Shown: positions 1 through 23,500, numbered from the stretch's first letter. The stretch: DNA of 64,000 bases from the human T2T-CHM13v2.0 reference genome, Homo sapiens (GCF_009914755.1 NC_060935.1); one strand, 5' to 3'. A program made the numbers and translations. The notes: generated from the letters alone by a model not told the origin.

Positions 1-2139
1 GTGCTGGGATTACTGGCGTGAGCCACAGCGCCTGGCCCTGTATTCAATTTTTCAACCCTGTCAGCTCTACCTCTAACATCCTGTATCCATTTACTTCTCT
101 ATGCCCTGCTATGCTCTGGTTCAAACCATTATCTTTCCTGGACTACTGAGCAGTAACTTCTGACTAATTTCCCCACTTTCTATTTGTCATGTGGCTGCTT
201 AAATGATTATAAACAAGTGCATTTGACCAACTTCCTATGTTAAAATGGCTTTCCTTGGCTGGGCACAGTGGCTCAGACCTATAATCCTAGCACTTTGGGA
301 GGCCAAGGCGGGAGGACTGCTGTTGGCCAGGAGTTCAAGACCAGCTTGCGCAACACAGTAAGACCCAGTCTCTACAAAAAAATTTTAAGTTAGCCAACTG
401 TGGTGGTGCATGCCTGTAGTCCTAGCTACTTGGAAGGCTGAGGTGGGACGACAGCATGAGCCTAGGAACTGGAGGTTACAGTGAGCTATGATTATACCAC
501 TGCAGTCCAGCCTGGGTGACACAGTGAGACCTTGTGTCTATAAAAAAATTTTTTAAATGGCTTCCTTTTGTATTTACAATCTAAATGCCTTTACTGCTTT
601 ATAAAAGCCTCTGCCTAACTCTCCCAGCTTCATCTCTCTCCCTAACACTCTTTCCTTTTGTTCACTTCACTGGAGTCCAACTGATTTTCTGTCCCTCAGA
701 TATTCTAAGCTTTTTCTCACATCAGGGTTTCTGACCTCATTTCTTGTATCTACAATTGTCTCTCCCTCCTGTCCATACATGGCTGGCCCTTTGTCTATGC
801 TTACATTTTAGTTCAAATGTTAGCTATGTGAAGAGAGCATCTCTGGCCACTCTAGCTAAAGTAGTTCTGCCCCTCAATTTTTTTTTTTTAAGAGACAGGG
901 TCTCATCTGTTGCCCAGGCTGGAGTGCAGTGGCACAATCTTGGTTCACTGCAGCCTCGACCTCCTGTGTTCAAGCGATTCTCCTCCCTTAGCCTCCTGAG
1001 TAGCTGGGGCTACAGGCATGCATTACCACGCCCGGTTAATCTTGTATATTTTGTAGAGACTGGGTCTCGCCATGTTGCCCATGCTGGTCTCAAACTCCTG
1101 GGCTCAAGGGATTCTGCCTCGGCCTCCCAAAGCGCTGGGATTACAGGCGTGAGCAACGCGCCTGGCCACCTTCAATTTTTATCATGTTTTCTTTTCCTAG
1201 CATTAACCACTTTCTGACATTATCTTGTTTACAATGCCTCCTCCACTGAAATGTACATCCCAAAAAAGGCAAGCATCTTGTCAGTCTTGTTCACAACTGT
1301 CTCCAGCATTTAGAAAAGTGCTTGGTACATAGGTACTCAACAAAATAATTTTTTGAATGAAGAGTTTGGTTCGATTCTTATCCCTTTTTTGATCAGACCA
1401 GGAAATGCCGGAACCTTAGAAGGAAGAATGGCAACTTGCCCCAAACCAATAGCAAGTCTGTGGGAGACCTGTAACTAAAACTTTGGGTCCCCAAAGATAT
1501 TAAATCAGGCCTCTCGAGTTCCAAACTCAAACCCTGGATTTTGTTTGTTTTGAGACGGAGTCTCGTTCGCCCAGGCTGGAGTGCAGTGGAGCAATGTCGG
1601 CTCTCTGCAACCTCCGCCTCCCGGGGTTCAAACGATTCTCCCGCCTCAGCCTCCCGAGTAGCTGGAATTAAAGGTATACGCCACCACGCCCAGGTAATTT
1701 TTGTGTTTTTTGTGGAGACAGGGTTTCATCATGTTGGCCAGGCCGGTCTCGAACTCCTGACCTTAGGTGATTCGCCCGCCTCCGCCTCCCAGAGTGTTGG
1801 GATTACAGGCGTGAGCCACCGCGCCCAGCCCTAGGTCATTTTTTAGAGAGACATAAACCAGTGTCAGGGACACAGCCTGGACATGGTGCAAAAGACAGTA
1901 ACGGAGATGCACTACGCCCCTGCCCGCCATTCATCCCTTTGGTTGAATTCAACTCATCCTGGTTGAATTCAAGTCATCCCTCTGCTTGTGAATCCTAACA
2001 GCGCTTCCGACTTAGGGCTCCACAGTCCGGGTATGCGTTGCCTAGGTTACCTCGCACCTCCGCTAGCCGGCTGAGAGCCACGCCCATCACCTCCTCTCTA
2101 AGATTTGATTGGCTGGCTTTGGCAAGGCCGAGTACTCAC

Positions 2140-2356
2140 CTGGCAGTTCCCTCATGAGGTAAAAAGGGCCACAGCCAGCTCCTGACTTGTCCGCGCCAGG
2201 AGGAGCCGTGGCCGCGGTGGGAGGCGGGGCCGTGCCGGGTCCCCCGCCCGCAGGAGGCGGTGGCGGGGGTGGAGGCTTTCCTGGTCCGAAGCCGAGTGCG
2301 GTTGGGGGCGGTGGTGGGTCAGCCTGAGCCCCAAACAGTGCCGTGAAATTCTCCAT
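2140..2356 (-). CDS. MED19: Mediator subunit 19, coding exon 1 (rest of gene lies left of the window)
   Basis: ATG at 2356 gives MENFTALFGAQADPPPPP...PFYLMRELP; donor CCAG|GTGAGT at 2140/2139; in-frame upstream ATG at 2407 adds 17 aa. Confidence 0.95.
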
Positions 2357-2407
2357 CGTACCCTCCGCCCCGGCGCTGTCTCCGTGTCTGCCGTTGGTAA
2401 TTTTCAT

Positions 2408-3016
<609 letters not shown>

Positions 3017-3737
3017 TGACTGTCCCTGCCCTTGCAGGTGTATCTGGGAACCCTGGGGTTTACCTCTCTGAGGACACCTGAGGTTCCGAGCCTGTAGCGG
3101 ACTTAGAGACTATTAAGTGCAGGGTCCGAACCATCATCGAGTCTAAACTTTGTGTTTAAGATGGGAAAACGGAACATGTTAGTCGTAGCCCATGCACAAC
3201 GGCCCAACAGCTTTTGACTGTTGAGTCCAGGTTTCTTTCTGTTTCACCATTGAGACTAATTAACAGCCCTATCAAAACTGTACATACACGTGTATAACGT
3301 TTTACAGTGCCGCTCATTATGTAAAGCCTCCTGAGGAGCCAGTAAGGTAGACAAGGCAAGTAGTAATATTCCTGTTTCATTGGTGAAGAAATGGATCTCG
3401 GTATATTTAGGTGACTTGCCGCAGGTCATACAACTAATGAGTGCCTGGGACTTGAAACTACTCTTCTGGCCACACTACCTGCACAACACTGTCAGCCGCT
3501 TCTTAATTCAATAAACATTTCTAGAGTGTACACTCTAGGCACTCTGCTTGATCCTGAAGATGCGAAAGTGGATAAAATTTGAGGGCTACTGTAAAGGAAT
3601 TGTAAAAAATACGTTGTAAAGAAATCTTTGGGATTTCTTTGGGAAGTGTCCCAAGCTCCTTGCTGTGCTTCCTTGGTATGGGTGGAGGGACTGCTCGGAA
3701 CATAAACTTAAAGCACTTTCCCTTCTGCCATATAGCA

Positions 3738-4295
3738 TGTAGGGGCCAAGGAAAAGCTTCCCCTTTGCTCTCTGAGGGTTTGTTGAAAAATCAACCGATA
3801 AAGGGCACATTAATAGGAGAAAGGCATAGAAATTTTATTTTAACGTGCATAGCATGAGGGAATTGCAGGAGAATGACCCAGTGGGGTACAGATGCTTATA
3901 TACCCTCTTTCATAGGAATATGGGAGATGGGAAAATGTGGGTGATTTTAAGGTGGATCGTAAATGATTTTTAGGGTGATTCAGTGGCCTGGAGAACATAC
4001 AGTGGCCTGGGACAATGACTGTTGGGCCTGCAGAGCAGAGAATGGTTTCTGACAAAAATCTGTCCAGGTGTGTTGACAGGCTTCCATCTTTCTTCTTGTA
4101 CTGAAGTAAGTTAATGAAAACTCAGGGAAGAGACCAGAAGTAATTGTTGTCTTCTTTGACAGGTCTGGACTTTAGGCAGATAAGGTAGTTATCAGAGTAA
4201 AGCTGCTTCCAGTATCTGCTGGTTTCCAGGGACCTTTAATTTAAAATGATTAGCATACAGGATGCCATATTTTGGGGTGTGAGTCCCTGGTCTTC
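3738..4295 (-). mobile_element. ERV1-class LTR (MER39/MER34-like), 3' LTR of a minus-strand provirus remnant
   Basis: Begins TGTAGGGGCCAAGG, LTR-like composition, purine tract on the minus strand adjacent at ~4300; family from memory. Confidence 0.55.
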
Positions 4296-5239
4296 TTTAT
4301 TTCCTTTGTCTGAAACTTCCTTAGAAGTTTCACTATAAGCTGAGTTGGTGTCTGTGGAGAGAGAAATCGGGCTAGTAATTGAGCGGCAAAGGATCCCATT
4401 AAACCAGCCTCTCATTTTGGGGGATAGTCCAGTTCAATTAAATTGTTGTGTCTCATTTCAGAAGATGGCATTGTAGATGAGTTCTCAAAGCTAGGCCTCT
4501 GTATATGATGTAGGCAAACAGGTATTTAATAAGAGAGACATTTCTATGGAACAAGACAAACAAAGCTTAATATCTGGTATAGTCTATAAACTAGTTTCTT
4601 TAGAGTCTGGAGGGCAGTCAATTGGGAAGATTAATAGCAATCTATTTTCCTAGATTGTAGGTTGTGTGTAAAGTTTGTCCAAATATAAGCTTTTGTGGTG
4701 ATTTTTTTTTCAAAGTCACGTTGACTAGCTTTAGCTGGTAAGGCCTTAGGAAAAAGGCAGGGTTTTTAGTTTTTTGGATTTTTTTTTGAGACAAGGTCTT
4801 GCTCTGTCATCCAAGCTGGAGTGCAGTGATGTGATCATGGCTCACTGTAGTCTTAACCTCCTGGGCAAAGCCATCCTGCCACCTCAGCTTTCCAGGTAGC
4901 TGGAACCAAAGGCATGCACTACACACCTGGCTAATTTTTAAAAATTTTTTTTCAAGGTGGGGTCTCTTGATGTTGCCCAGGCTGGTCTTGAACTCCTGAG
5001 CTCAAGGGATCCTCCTGACTTGGCTTCCTAAGGAGCTGGGATTTACAGGTGTGAGCCACTGCGCCAAGCTAAAAAAGGCCGTTTTAATTTTTAGTGATTC
5101 TAAGTCAGAAGAGTGGGTGAAAAATGGAAAACATTAGTCTGGAGGTTAGCAATTTTATGAGTCCAGTTTTATTTTCATTAGACTTTGGAAATTTTTACCC
5201 AGTCCGGTGATACAGTTTCAAAGTTATCAGAAACCTTTA

Positions 5240-5575
<336 letters not shown>

Positions 5576-5762
5576 TCAAAATAAATAAATAAATAAAATT
5601 AAAAAAATATATTTTATATATAATATATATGTATTAATGTGCTTTTAATACTAAAGCTGATTTTAATAAACTTTACAAACAAATCTGTCTAATCTTGATC
5701 AGCTTTGACTAGACAAGATAAAATTTCCATAAACCTTTTATAACCTCTTAGAATTTGTTTTC

Positions 5763-8114
5763 TTTTTTTTTTTTTTTTTTTTTCTTTTATTGATCATTCT
5801 TGGGTGTTTCTCGCAGAGGGGGACTTGGCAGGGTCATAGGACAATAGTGGAGGGAAGGTTGGCAGATAAACAAGTGAACAAAGGTCTCTGGTTTTCCTAG
5901 GCAGAGGACCCTGCCGCCTTCCGCAGTGTTTGTGTCCCTGGGTACTTGAGATTAGGGAGTGGTGATGATTCTTAACGAGCATGCTGCCTTCAAGCATCTG
6001 TTTAACAAAGCACATCTTGCACCGCCCTTAATCCATTTAACCCTGAGTGGACACAGCACATGTTTCAGAGAGCACAGGGTTGGGGGTAAGGTCACCGATC
6101 AACAGGATCCCAAGGCAGAAGAATTTATCTTAGTACAGAACAAAATGAAAAGTTTCCCGTGTCTACTTCTTTCTACACAGACACGGCAACCATCCGATTT
6201 TTCAATCTTTTCCCCACCTTTCCCCCCTTTCTATTCCACAAAACCGCCATTGTCATCCCGGCCCGTTCTCAATGAGCTGTTGGGTACACCTCCCAGACGG
6301 GGTGGTGGCTGGGCAGAGGGGCTCCTCACTTCCTAGTAGGGGTGGCCGGGCAGAGGCGCCCCTCACCTCCCGGACCGGGCGGCTGGCTGGGCGGGGGGCT
6401 GACCCTCCCACCTCCCTCCTGGACGGGGCGGATGGCCGGGCGGGGGGCTGACCCCCCCCCACCTCCCTCCCGGATGTGGGGCTGACCCCCCCACCTCCCT
6501 CCCGGACGGGGCGGCTGGCCGGGCGGGGGGCTGACCCCCACACCTCCCTCCCGGACGGGGCGGCTGGCCGGGCGAGGGGCTGACCCCCCCACCTCCCTCC
6601 CGGACGGGGCGGCTGGCCGGGCGGGGGGCTGACCCCCCCACCTCCCTCCCGGACGGGGCGGCTGGCCGGGCTGAGGGGCTCCTCACTTCCCAGTAGGGGC
6701 GGCCGGGCAGAGGCGCCCCTCACCTCCCGGACGGGGCGGCTGGCCGGGCGGGGGGCTGACCCCCCCACCTCCCTCCCGGACGGGGCGGCTGGCCCGGCAG
6801 AGGGGCTCCTCACTTCCCAGTAGGGGCGGCTGGGCAGAGGCGCCCCTCACCTCCCGGACGGGGCGGCTGGCCGGGCGGGGGGCTGACCCCACCTCCCTCC
6901 CGGACGGGGCGGCTGGCCGGGTGGGGGGCTGACCCCCCCACCTCCCTCCCGGACGGGGCGGCTGGCCGAGCGGGGGGCTGACCCCCCCACCTCCCTCCCG
7001 GACGGGGCGGCAGGCCGGGTGGGGGGCTGACTCCCCCACCTCCCTCCCGGACGGGGTGGCTGGCCAGGCAGAGGGGCTCCTCACTTCCCAGTAGGGGCGG
7101 CTGGGCAGAGGCGCCCCTCACCTCCCGGACGGGGCGGCTGGCCGGGCGGGGGGCTGACCCCCCCCACCTCCCTCCTGGACGGGGCGGCTGCCGGGCGGAG
7201 ACGCTCCTCATTTCCCAGACGGGGTTGGTGCCGGGCAGAGGGGCTCCTCACTTCTCAGATGGGGCGGATGCTGGGCGGAGGGTCTCCTCACTTCTCAGAC
7301 GGGGCGGCTGGGCAGAGACACTCCTCACCTCCCAGACGGGGTCGCGGCCGGGCAGAGGCGCTCCTCACATCCCGGACGGGGCGGCGGGGCAGAGGCGCTC
7401 CCCACATCTCAGACGATGGGCGGCCGGGCAGAGACGCTCCTCACTTCCCAGATGGGATGGCTGCTGGGAAGAGGCGCTCCTCACTTCCTAGATGGGATGG
7501 CGGCCGGGCAGAGACGCTCCTCACTTTCCAGACTGGGCAGCCAGGCAGAGGGGCTCTTCACGTCCCAGACGATGGGCGGCCAGGCAGAGACGCTCCTCAC
7601 TTCCCAGACAGGGTGGCGGCCGGGCAGAGGCTGCAATCTCGGCACTTTGGGAGGCCAAGGCAGGCGGCTGGGAGATGGAGGTTGTAGCGAGCTGAGATCA
7701 CGCCACTGCACTCCAGCCTGGGCACCATTGAGCACTGAGTGAACCAGACTCCGTCTGCAATCCCGGCACCTCGGGAGGCCAAGGCTGGCGGATCACTCGC
7801 GGTTAGGAGCTGGAGACCAGCCCGGCCAACACAGCGAAACCCCGTCTCCACCAAAAAAGTACGAAAACCAGTCAGGCGTGGTGGCGCTTGCCTGCAATCG
7901 CAGGCACTCGGTGGGCTGAGGCAGGAGAATCAGGCAGGGAGGTTGCAGTGAGCCGAGATGGCAGCAGTACAGTCCAGCTTTGGCTCGGCATCAGAGGGAG
8001 ACCGTGGAAAGAGAGGGAGAGGGAGACCGAGAGGGAGAAGGGAGAGGGGAGAGGGGAGAGGGGAGAGGGGAGAGGGGAGAGGGAGAGGGAGAGGCAGAGG
8101 CAGAGGCAGAGGCC
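5763..8114 (-). mobile_element. Full-length SVA retrotransposon (SVA_D-like)
   Basis: Poly(T) from 5763, SINE-R ~5786-6280, GC-rich VNTR ~6290-7620, Alu-like ~7620-8010, (CCCTCT)n-type hexamers to 8114; identical 13-bp TSD AGAATTTGTTTTC at 5750-5762 and 8115-8127. Confidence 0.95.
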
Positions 8115-8155
8115 AGAATTTGTTTTCATTCTTTATTTTCTTTCCCTAGCTTTTT

Positions 8156-8904
8156 ATTGTTGTTGTTATTTAGTTTTTATTTCATAATCATAAACTTAAC
8201 TGCAATCCAGCTAGGCATGTAAGGGAACAAGGAAAACACGGAACCCAAAGGGAACTGCAGTGAGAGCACAAAGATTCTAGGATACTGCGAGCAAATGGGG
8301 TAGAGGGGTGCTCTCCTGAGAGGAGAGCACAGAAGGAATGGTCTGGTGGTGAAGACAAAACAAGTCAAACTTACTAGACTTATCCACAGTCAGCAATGGT
8401 GATCTTCTTGCTGGTCTTGCCATTCCTGGACCCAAAGCGCTCCATGGCCTCTGCAATATTCATGCCTTCTTTCACCTTGCCAAAGACCACATGCTTGCCA
8501 TCCAACCACTCACTCTTGGCAGTGTAGATGAAAAGCTGGGAACCTTTTGTGTTGGGTCCAGCAATTGCCATGGACAAGGTGCCAGGACCTGTATGCTTTA
8601 GGATGAAGTTCTCATCATCAAATTTCTCCCCATTGGATGGACTTGCCACCAGTGCCATTATGGCGTGTGAAGTCACCACCTGATACATAAACCCTGGAAT
8701 AATTCTGTGAAAGCAGGAACTCTTACAACCAAATCCTTTTTGTCCAGTGCTCAGAGCACGAAAGTTTTCTGTTGTCTTTGGAACCTTGTCTGCAAACAGC
8801 TCGAAGGAGATGCGGCCCAGGGGCTCACCATCCACGGTGATGTCAAAGAACACGGGGTTGACCATGGCTGATAGTACAGGGCTCCTGGTGGTGGCAGCAA
8901 AGCC
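8156..8904 (-). pseudogene. Processed pseudogene of cyclophilin A (PPIA)
   Basis: Intronless ORF 8865-8380 [31 protein letters not shown]...KITIADCG with UTR-like flanks, AATAAA near 8176-8181 on the minus strand, frameshift pair and early stop. Confidence 0.93.
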
Positions 8905-8979
8905 TCTTTGCCCAACTTTTTATATCTGTTTAGTTTTATCTATATCATTGTTTTCCTCCATTCATTTATTCTGAAATAA

Positions 8980-9270
<291 letters not shown>

Positions 9271-9338
9271 TGAGCCACCGCGCCCAGCCACAAAGGATTT
9301 TTAAAAAGAGCTTTCTGGTCAGAAGTTGGCTTAACTAA

Positions 9339-9548
<210 letters not shown>

Positions 9549-12500
9549 TAGTAGAGACGGGTTTTCACCATGTTGGCCAGGATGGTCTCGATCTCCTGAA
9601 CTCGTGATCCAGCTGCCTCGGCCTCCCAAAGTGCTGGGATTACAGGCATGAGCTACCGTGCCTGGCCAATTTTTTTATTTTTTAAAGGCTTTCTGCTTTT
9701 TCTCTTTTGGATCTCATGCCCTGGGAAATTTTTTCAGTTCACTGAAACCCCCTTTAAAAAAAAATTATGTTTAGTCCTTGTGTTCACTTCCTTTCTTGTT
9801 GGCATGATCTTTGCTGAGAAAAATGTAAAATTTCTTTTTTCTTTGTCTTTTTTTTTTTTTTTTTTTTTTTTTTTGAGACAGGGTCTCACTCTGTTGCCCA
9901 GGCTGGAGTGCAATGGTGAGATGTCACCTTACTGCAACCTTGACCTCCCGGGCTCAAGTATTCCACCTCAGCCTTCTGAGTAGCTGGGATTATAGGTGCA
10001 CACCACCACGCCCGGCTAATTTTTGTATTTTTTGTAGAGATGGGGTTTCGCCATGTTGCACAGGCTGATCTTGAACTCCTGGGCTCAAGTGGTACATTTT
10101 CCCTCAGCCTCCCAAAGTGCTGGGACTATAGGCATGAACTACTGCACCCTGCCTTGAAAATGTAAAATTTCATTAGCCTTTTGGGGAAGCTTAAAATCTC
10201 TCCAAATTGGCTTCTCCAAAACTGGTTGTTCCATGTATTTCTACTTCTTCCTTTTGCCACCTTTGATAACCCTTAAAGGGGTCTAGATGGGACTTCTGAC
10301 AACCCTGAGATCCCTTGAGGAAGACAAAAAAAAGGTGCCACTGGTTGGGCGCGGTGGCTCACGCCTATAATCCCAGCACTTTGGGAAGCTGAAGCAGGTG
10401 GATTACCTGAGGTCAGAAGTTTAAAATCAGCCTGGCCAACGTGGTGAAACCCCATCTCTACTAAAAATACAAAAAAAAAAAAAAGGTGCCACTGACCCTC
10501 TCTTTTGGGGCCTCTCGTTTTCCTTATAGAGCCCCAAAAGTCACTAATGGGTTCATGTCAGGTTTAAAACTCTTCTCTCTTTTGAATTAAACTCTCTAGT
10601 CTTTGGCTTTTGTATCGATACATGTGTCTATATATGTATGTATATGTCTATACATGTGTTTATTGTGTATATGGTACCAATAACGAATGAGTACCCCCAA
10701 AAGTCAGGAGTCAACAAATGGAAATTCAAAACAAAACTTTTTCTTTTTTTTGAAACAGAGTCTTGCTCTATCGCCCAGGCTGGAGTGCTTTAGCATGATC
10801 TCTACTCACTGCAACCTCTGCCTCCAGATTAAGCGATTCTCATACCTCAACCTCCTGAGTAGCTGGGATCACAGGCGTGTGCCATCACACACGGCTAATT
10901 TTTGTATTTTAGTGGAGACAGTTTCACCACGTTAGTTAGGCTGATCTCGAACTTCTGGCCTCAAGCCATCCGCCCGCTTTGGCCTCCCACAGTGCTGGGA
11001 TTACAGGCGTGAGCCATCATGCCTGGCCTCAAACTAATTTTTATAAGTGTTTCTTTTTTTTCCTCTGAGTTAAAAGACTTGCATCTGCAATGGACTGTTA
11101 CCTTACAAGGAATCGAACCCACGCTGCAGCAGCTAACCAGTTTATTGCCAGCCACTAGACCACAGATCATAGTGCCTTTTTGCAGGCCCTTCAGGGGATC
11201 CAAAACAAGCAGTTTGAGTGTACAAAGAATTTTAACTTGTGTTTTGAATCTGATTTCTGTCTTTTAAAAATCTTGCCAAGGGAGTTTCTAAGGCTGTGTT
11301 CTTTCTGTATCTTTTTATGGGTACTAGAAAGATAGCTGTTTTTTTTTTTTTTTCCTCAGGCCAGGTACGGTGGCTGTAATCCTAGCACTTTGGGAGGCCA
11401 AGGCGTGTGGATTGCCTGAACTCAGGAGTTCGAGACCAGCCTGGGCAATACAGTGAAACCCCGTCTCTACTAACATACAAAATATTAGCCGGGTGTGGTG
11501 GTGTGTGCCTGCAATCCCAGCTACCTGGGAGGTTGAGGCAGGAGAATTGCTTGAACTGGGAGGCAGAGGTTGCAGTGAGCTGAGATAGTGCCACCGCACC
11601 CCAGCCTAGGTGACAGAGTGAGACTCCATCTCCAATCAATCAATCAATCAATGTTTTATTTAAATAAATAAATAAAGTTTTTTTTTTTTTTTTTTTGAGA
11701 TGGAGTTTTGCTCTTGTTGCCTAGGCTGGAGTGCAATGGCTCAGTCTCGGCTCACCACAACCTCAGCCTCCTGAGTAGCTGGGATTACAGGCATGTGCCA
11801 CCATGCCCAGCTAATTTTGTATTTTTAGTAGACATGGGGTTTTTCCATGTTGGTCAGGCTGTTCTCAAGCTCCCAATCTCAGGTGATCCACCAGCCTCGG
11901 CCTCCCAAAGTGCTGGGATTACAGGTATAAGCCACTGTGCCTGGTCTAAAATGTTTTTTAAATAAAGCCAATTTACTTAGCGACTTAAGCCAATAAGCCT
12001 TCTTCATGGAAAGTCTCAGAGGTAATTTTCTAGGTTCAGAATACCAGATGATATAACCCTCACATTCCCCCAAAATATTTACTTTCAAAAATAGGCTAAG
12101 ATAGCGAAAGACTCTTGTTTTCATAGACAGTTAAGGATGGTGTTTATGTGTGTGTTTCCTGTAGTATCCCACCAATACGTGGGGGGCTGCTAATCATAGA
12201 CCTATTAATTTGAGACACCAGCTAGGCCCTCCCTGGATTGGACTTGCCCAGGACTAACCAGGCAATAAGAGTTGAGATTTCTTCCTTCTCACTGAAGTAA
12301 TTTTATTTATTTATTTTTTAAATTAATTTTAAAAATTGAGGGGGGAGACAGGGTCTTGTTCTCTTACCCACGCTACAGTGCAGTGGCATGGTCGCAGTTC
12401 ACTACAGCCTCAACCTGCTGCACTTAAGCCATCCTCCCACCTGAGCCTGTCAAGCAGATGGGAGTACAGGCACGTGCCAACATACATGCCCAGCTAATTT

Positions 12501-12717
12501 TTAAAAATCATTTGTGGAGAGGAGGTCTCACTGTGTTGCCCAGGCTGGTCTCGAACTCCTGAGCTCAAGCGATCCTCCCACCACAGCCTCCCAAAGTGCT
12601 AGGATTACAGGTGTGAGCCACCGCACCCAGCTTCAGTGAAGGAATTTTTTTAAAAGGAGAAGAAAAAGATAAAAGAGTTGAGACAATAAAATCAGGTGTG
12701 AGTCACTGCACCCGGCC

Positions 12718-21445
<8,728 letters not shown>

Positions 21446-21486
21446 CGTTTTTTGTTTTTTGTTTTTTTTGTTTTTTTTTTTTTTGA

Positions 21487-21789
<303 letters not shown>

Positions 21790-21810
21790 TGAGACCAAAA
21801 AAATTAAATC

Positions 21811-21983
21811 AATGTATTTGATGTCTTATGCTTCCCTAAAATATATAAAATCAAGCTGTAGAGCACCTTGGGCACATATTCTCAGGACCTCCAGAGGGCT
21901 GTGTCACAGGCCATGGTCACTCATATTTGCCTCAGAATAAATCTCTTAAAATATTTTACAGAGTTTGACTCTTTTCGTCAACA
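21811..21983 (+). mobile_element. 3' fragment of a second MER4-family LTR
   Basis: Clear similarity to ~18340-18500 plus the terminus GAGTTTGACTCTTTTCGTCAACA. Confidence 0.75.
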
Positions 21984-23204
21984 CTGGCCACTGGACTTCA
22001 CCCAAAAATAAGGCCTCCAAGTGGTGGAGACCAAGAAGCTCCCACTTGGTCACAAGTCAAGCTTCCAAGGACATAAGATGAGAAGGAAACCTCATCTGGT
22101 TTTTATTTTGGGGACCCACAGCACAATTTGTATGTCATTCTGATAAGAATTTTAAAACTCACCCACCAGTCTGGAGGGCCAGCTTGACCAATAGGCTTAC
22201 AGGGGCTTTATTCTGATGTTGTACTTTATGGTACCCTACTCTATGACAAAATAACACAGGAAGATATAACAAGAGAAAAAGACTATTTTGGGGAGAAAAA
22301 GAATCAGACAATGTGAATATTCATACCAAAAACATATCAAAGTTGCTACACCTAAGACTAATCATACAAATGTTCTTTTCCCATTAATCTTAAATTTGGA
22401 AAGGAAAAGGAGACCAAAAGTGGTTTTTGTCTCTTTATTCATGTGTCTTTTTCTTTTTACTAGTGTTTCCGTGTGCGTTGATAAATTTTTCCTTTTCTCA
22501 TGTCAATCTGCCTTTTGTCAGCTCATTTTCAGCAAAACTTTAGAAGGTGGAGGGGAGGCTACCTTTGTGCCTATAAGCAACATCTGTGCTCAGATGAAGG
22601 CGCATCATCCAGAATTTTTGTACTTTTTCCAGCCCCCAAAATGAGTCATTACCTTTACCAGAACCCACTCCCTTATTTTTTTCCTCTTTCCTTTTCCTGC
22701 TTCCTCTTTTTCCCAAACTGTATAATCAATTAGCTCAAATGTAGCCTTGCTATTTCAGAGGATCTTTCATTTGATATTTGATGCCACTTCAATGAAAATG
22801 GGACCCCAAAATATAAGTGGATAGTAATAAAGATTTTTAATAAGTATAGGAGACCTTTTATAAAGTTCATTTACCTGTATACTCTTATCTAATATGCAAA
22901 ATGCTGGAAGTTTTATATTCTTACTCTGATAGAATTTTTAAAAAATGCTTAGGGTTAATAGCCAATTTTTGTTTTTCTGGAAAATTCATGGTTCGCCTAT
23001 TTACCTTGCTGATTGGGACTAGGTTCTCAGAGCTTCTAGATAGCTAAACACAGGAAGGTTCCTGGAACATATCCTTTTGGGTTTTTATGGAACTTCATTA
23101 CATAGGTGTGACTAATTAAATCATTGGCCATTGGTGATCAGCTGAACTTTCAGCCTGGTGGGGGGTGGGGTGGGGCTGAAAGTCCTAACCTGCTAATCAT
23201 GCGG

Positions 23205-23500
23205 TGTCCTTAGGCCATATGGTCCTTGTGGGAGCATCATAGAGTGTACTTACACAAACTTAGATGGCCTACTACACACCTAGGCTTTATGGCACAACCT
23301 GTTGCTCCCAGGCACAAACCTACACAACATGTTACTGTACTAATAAGCAGTTTAACACAATGGTAAGTATTTATGTATCTAAATATATCTAAACACAGAA
23401 AAGGTACAATAAAAATATGGTATTATAATCTTATGGGACCACTGTTGTATATGTGGTCTATTGCTGACCAAAATGTCATGATACGGCACATGACTATATA
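23205..23500. mobile_element. Tigger3-like DNA transposon fragment
   Basis: CATCATAGAGTGTACTTACACAAAC...TTATGGGACCACTG resembles Tigger3 consensus from memory. Confidence 0.6.

Noticed and set aside
6253-7951. Overlapping Pro/Arg/Gly-rich repetitive ORFs and a CRISPR-like repeat appearance
   Set aside because: SVA VNTR and Alu-like domain; tandem units without unique spacers, stop-poor because of GC content
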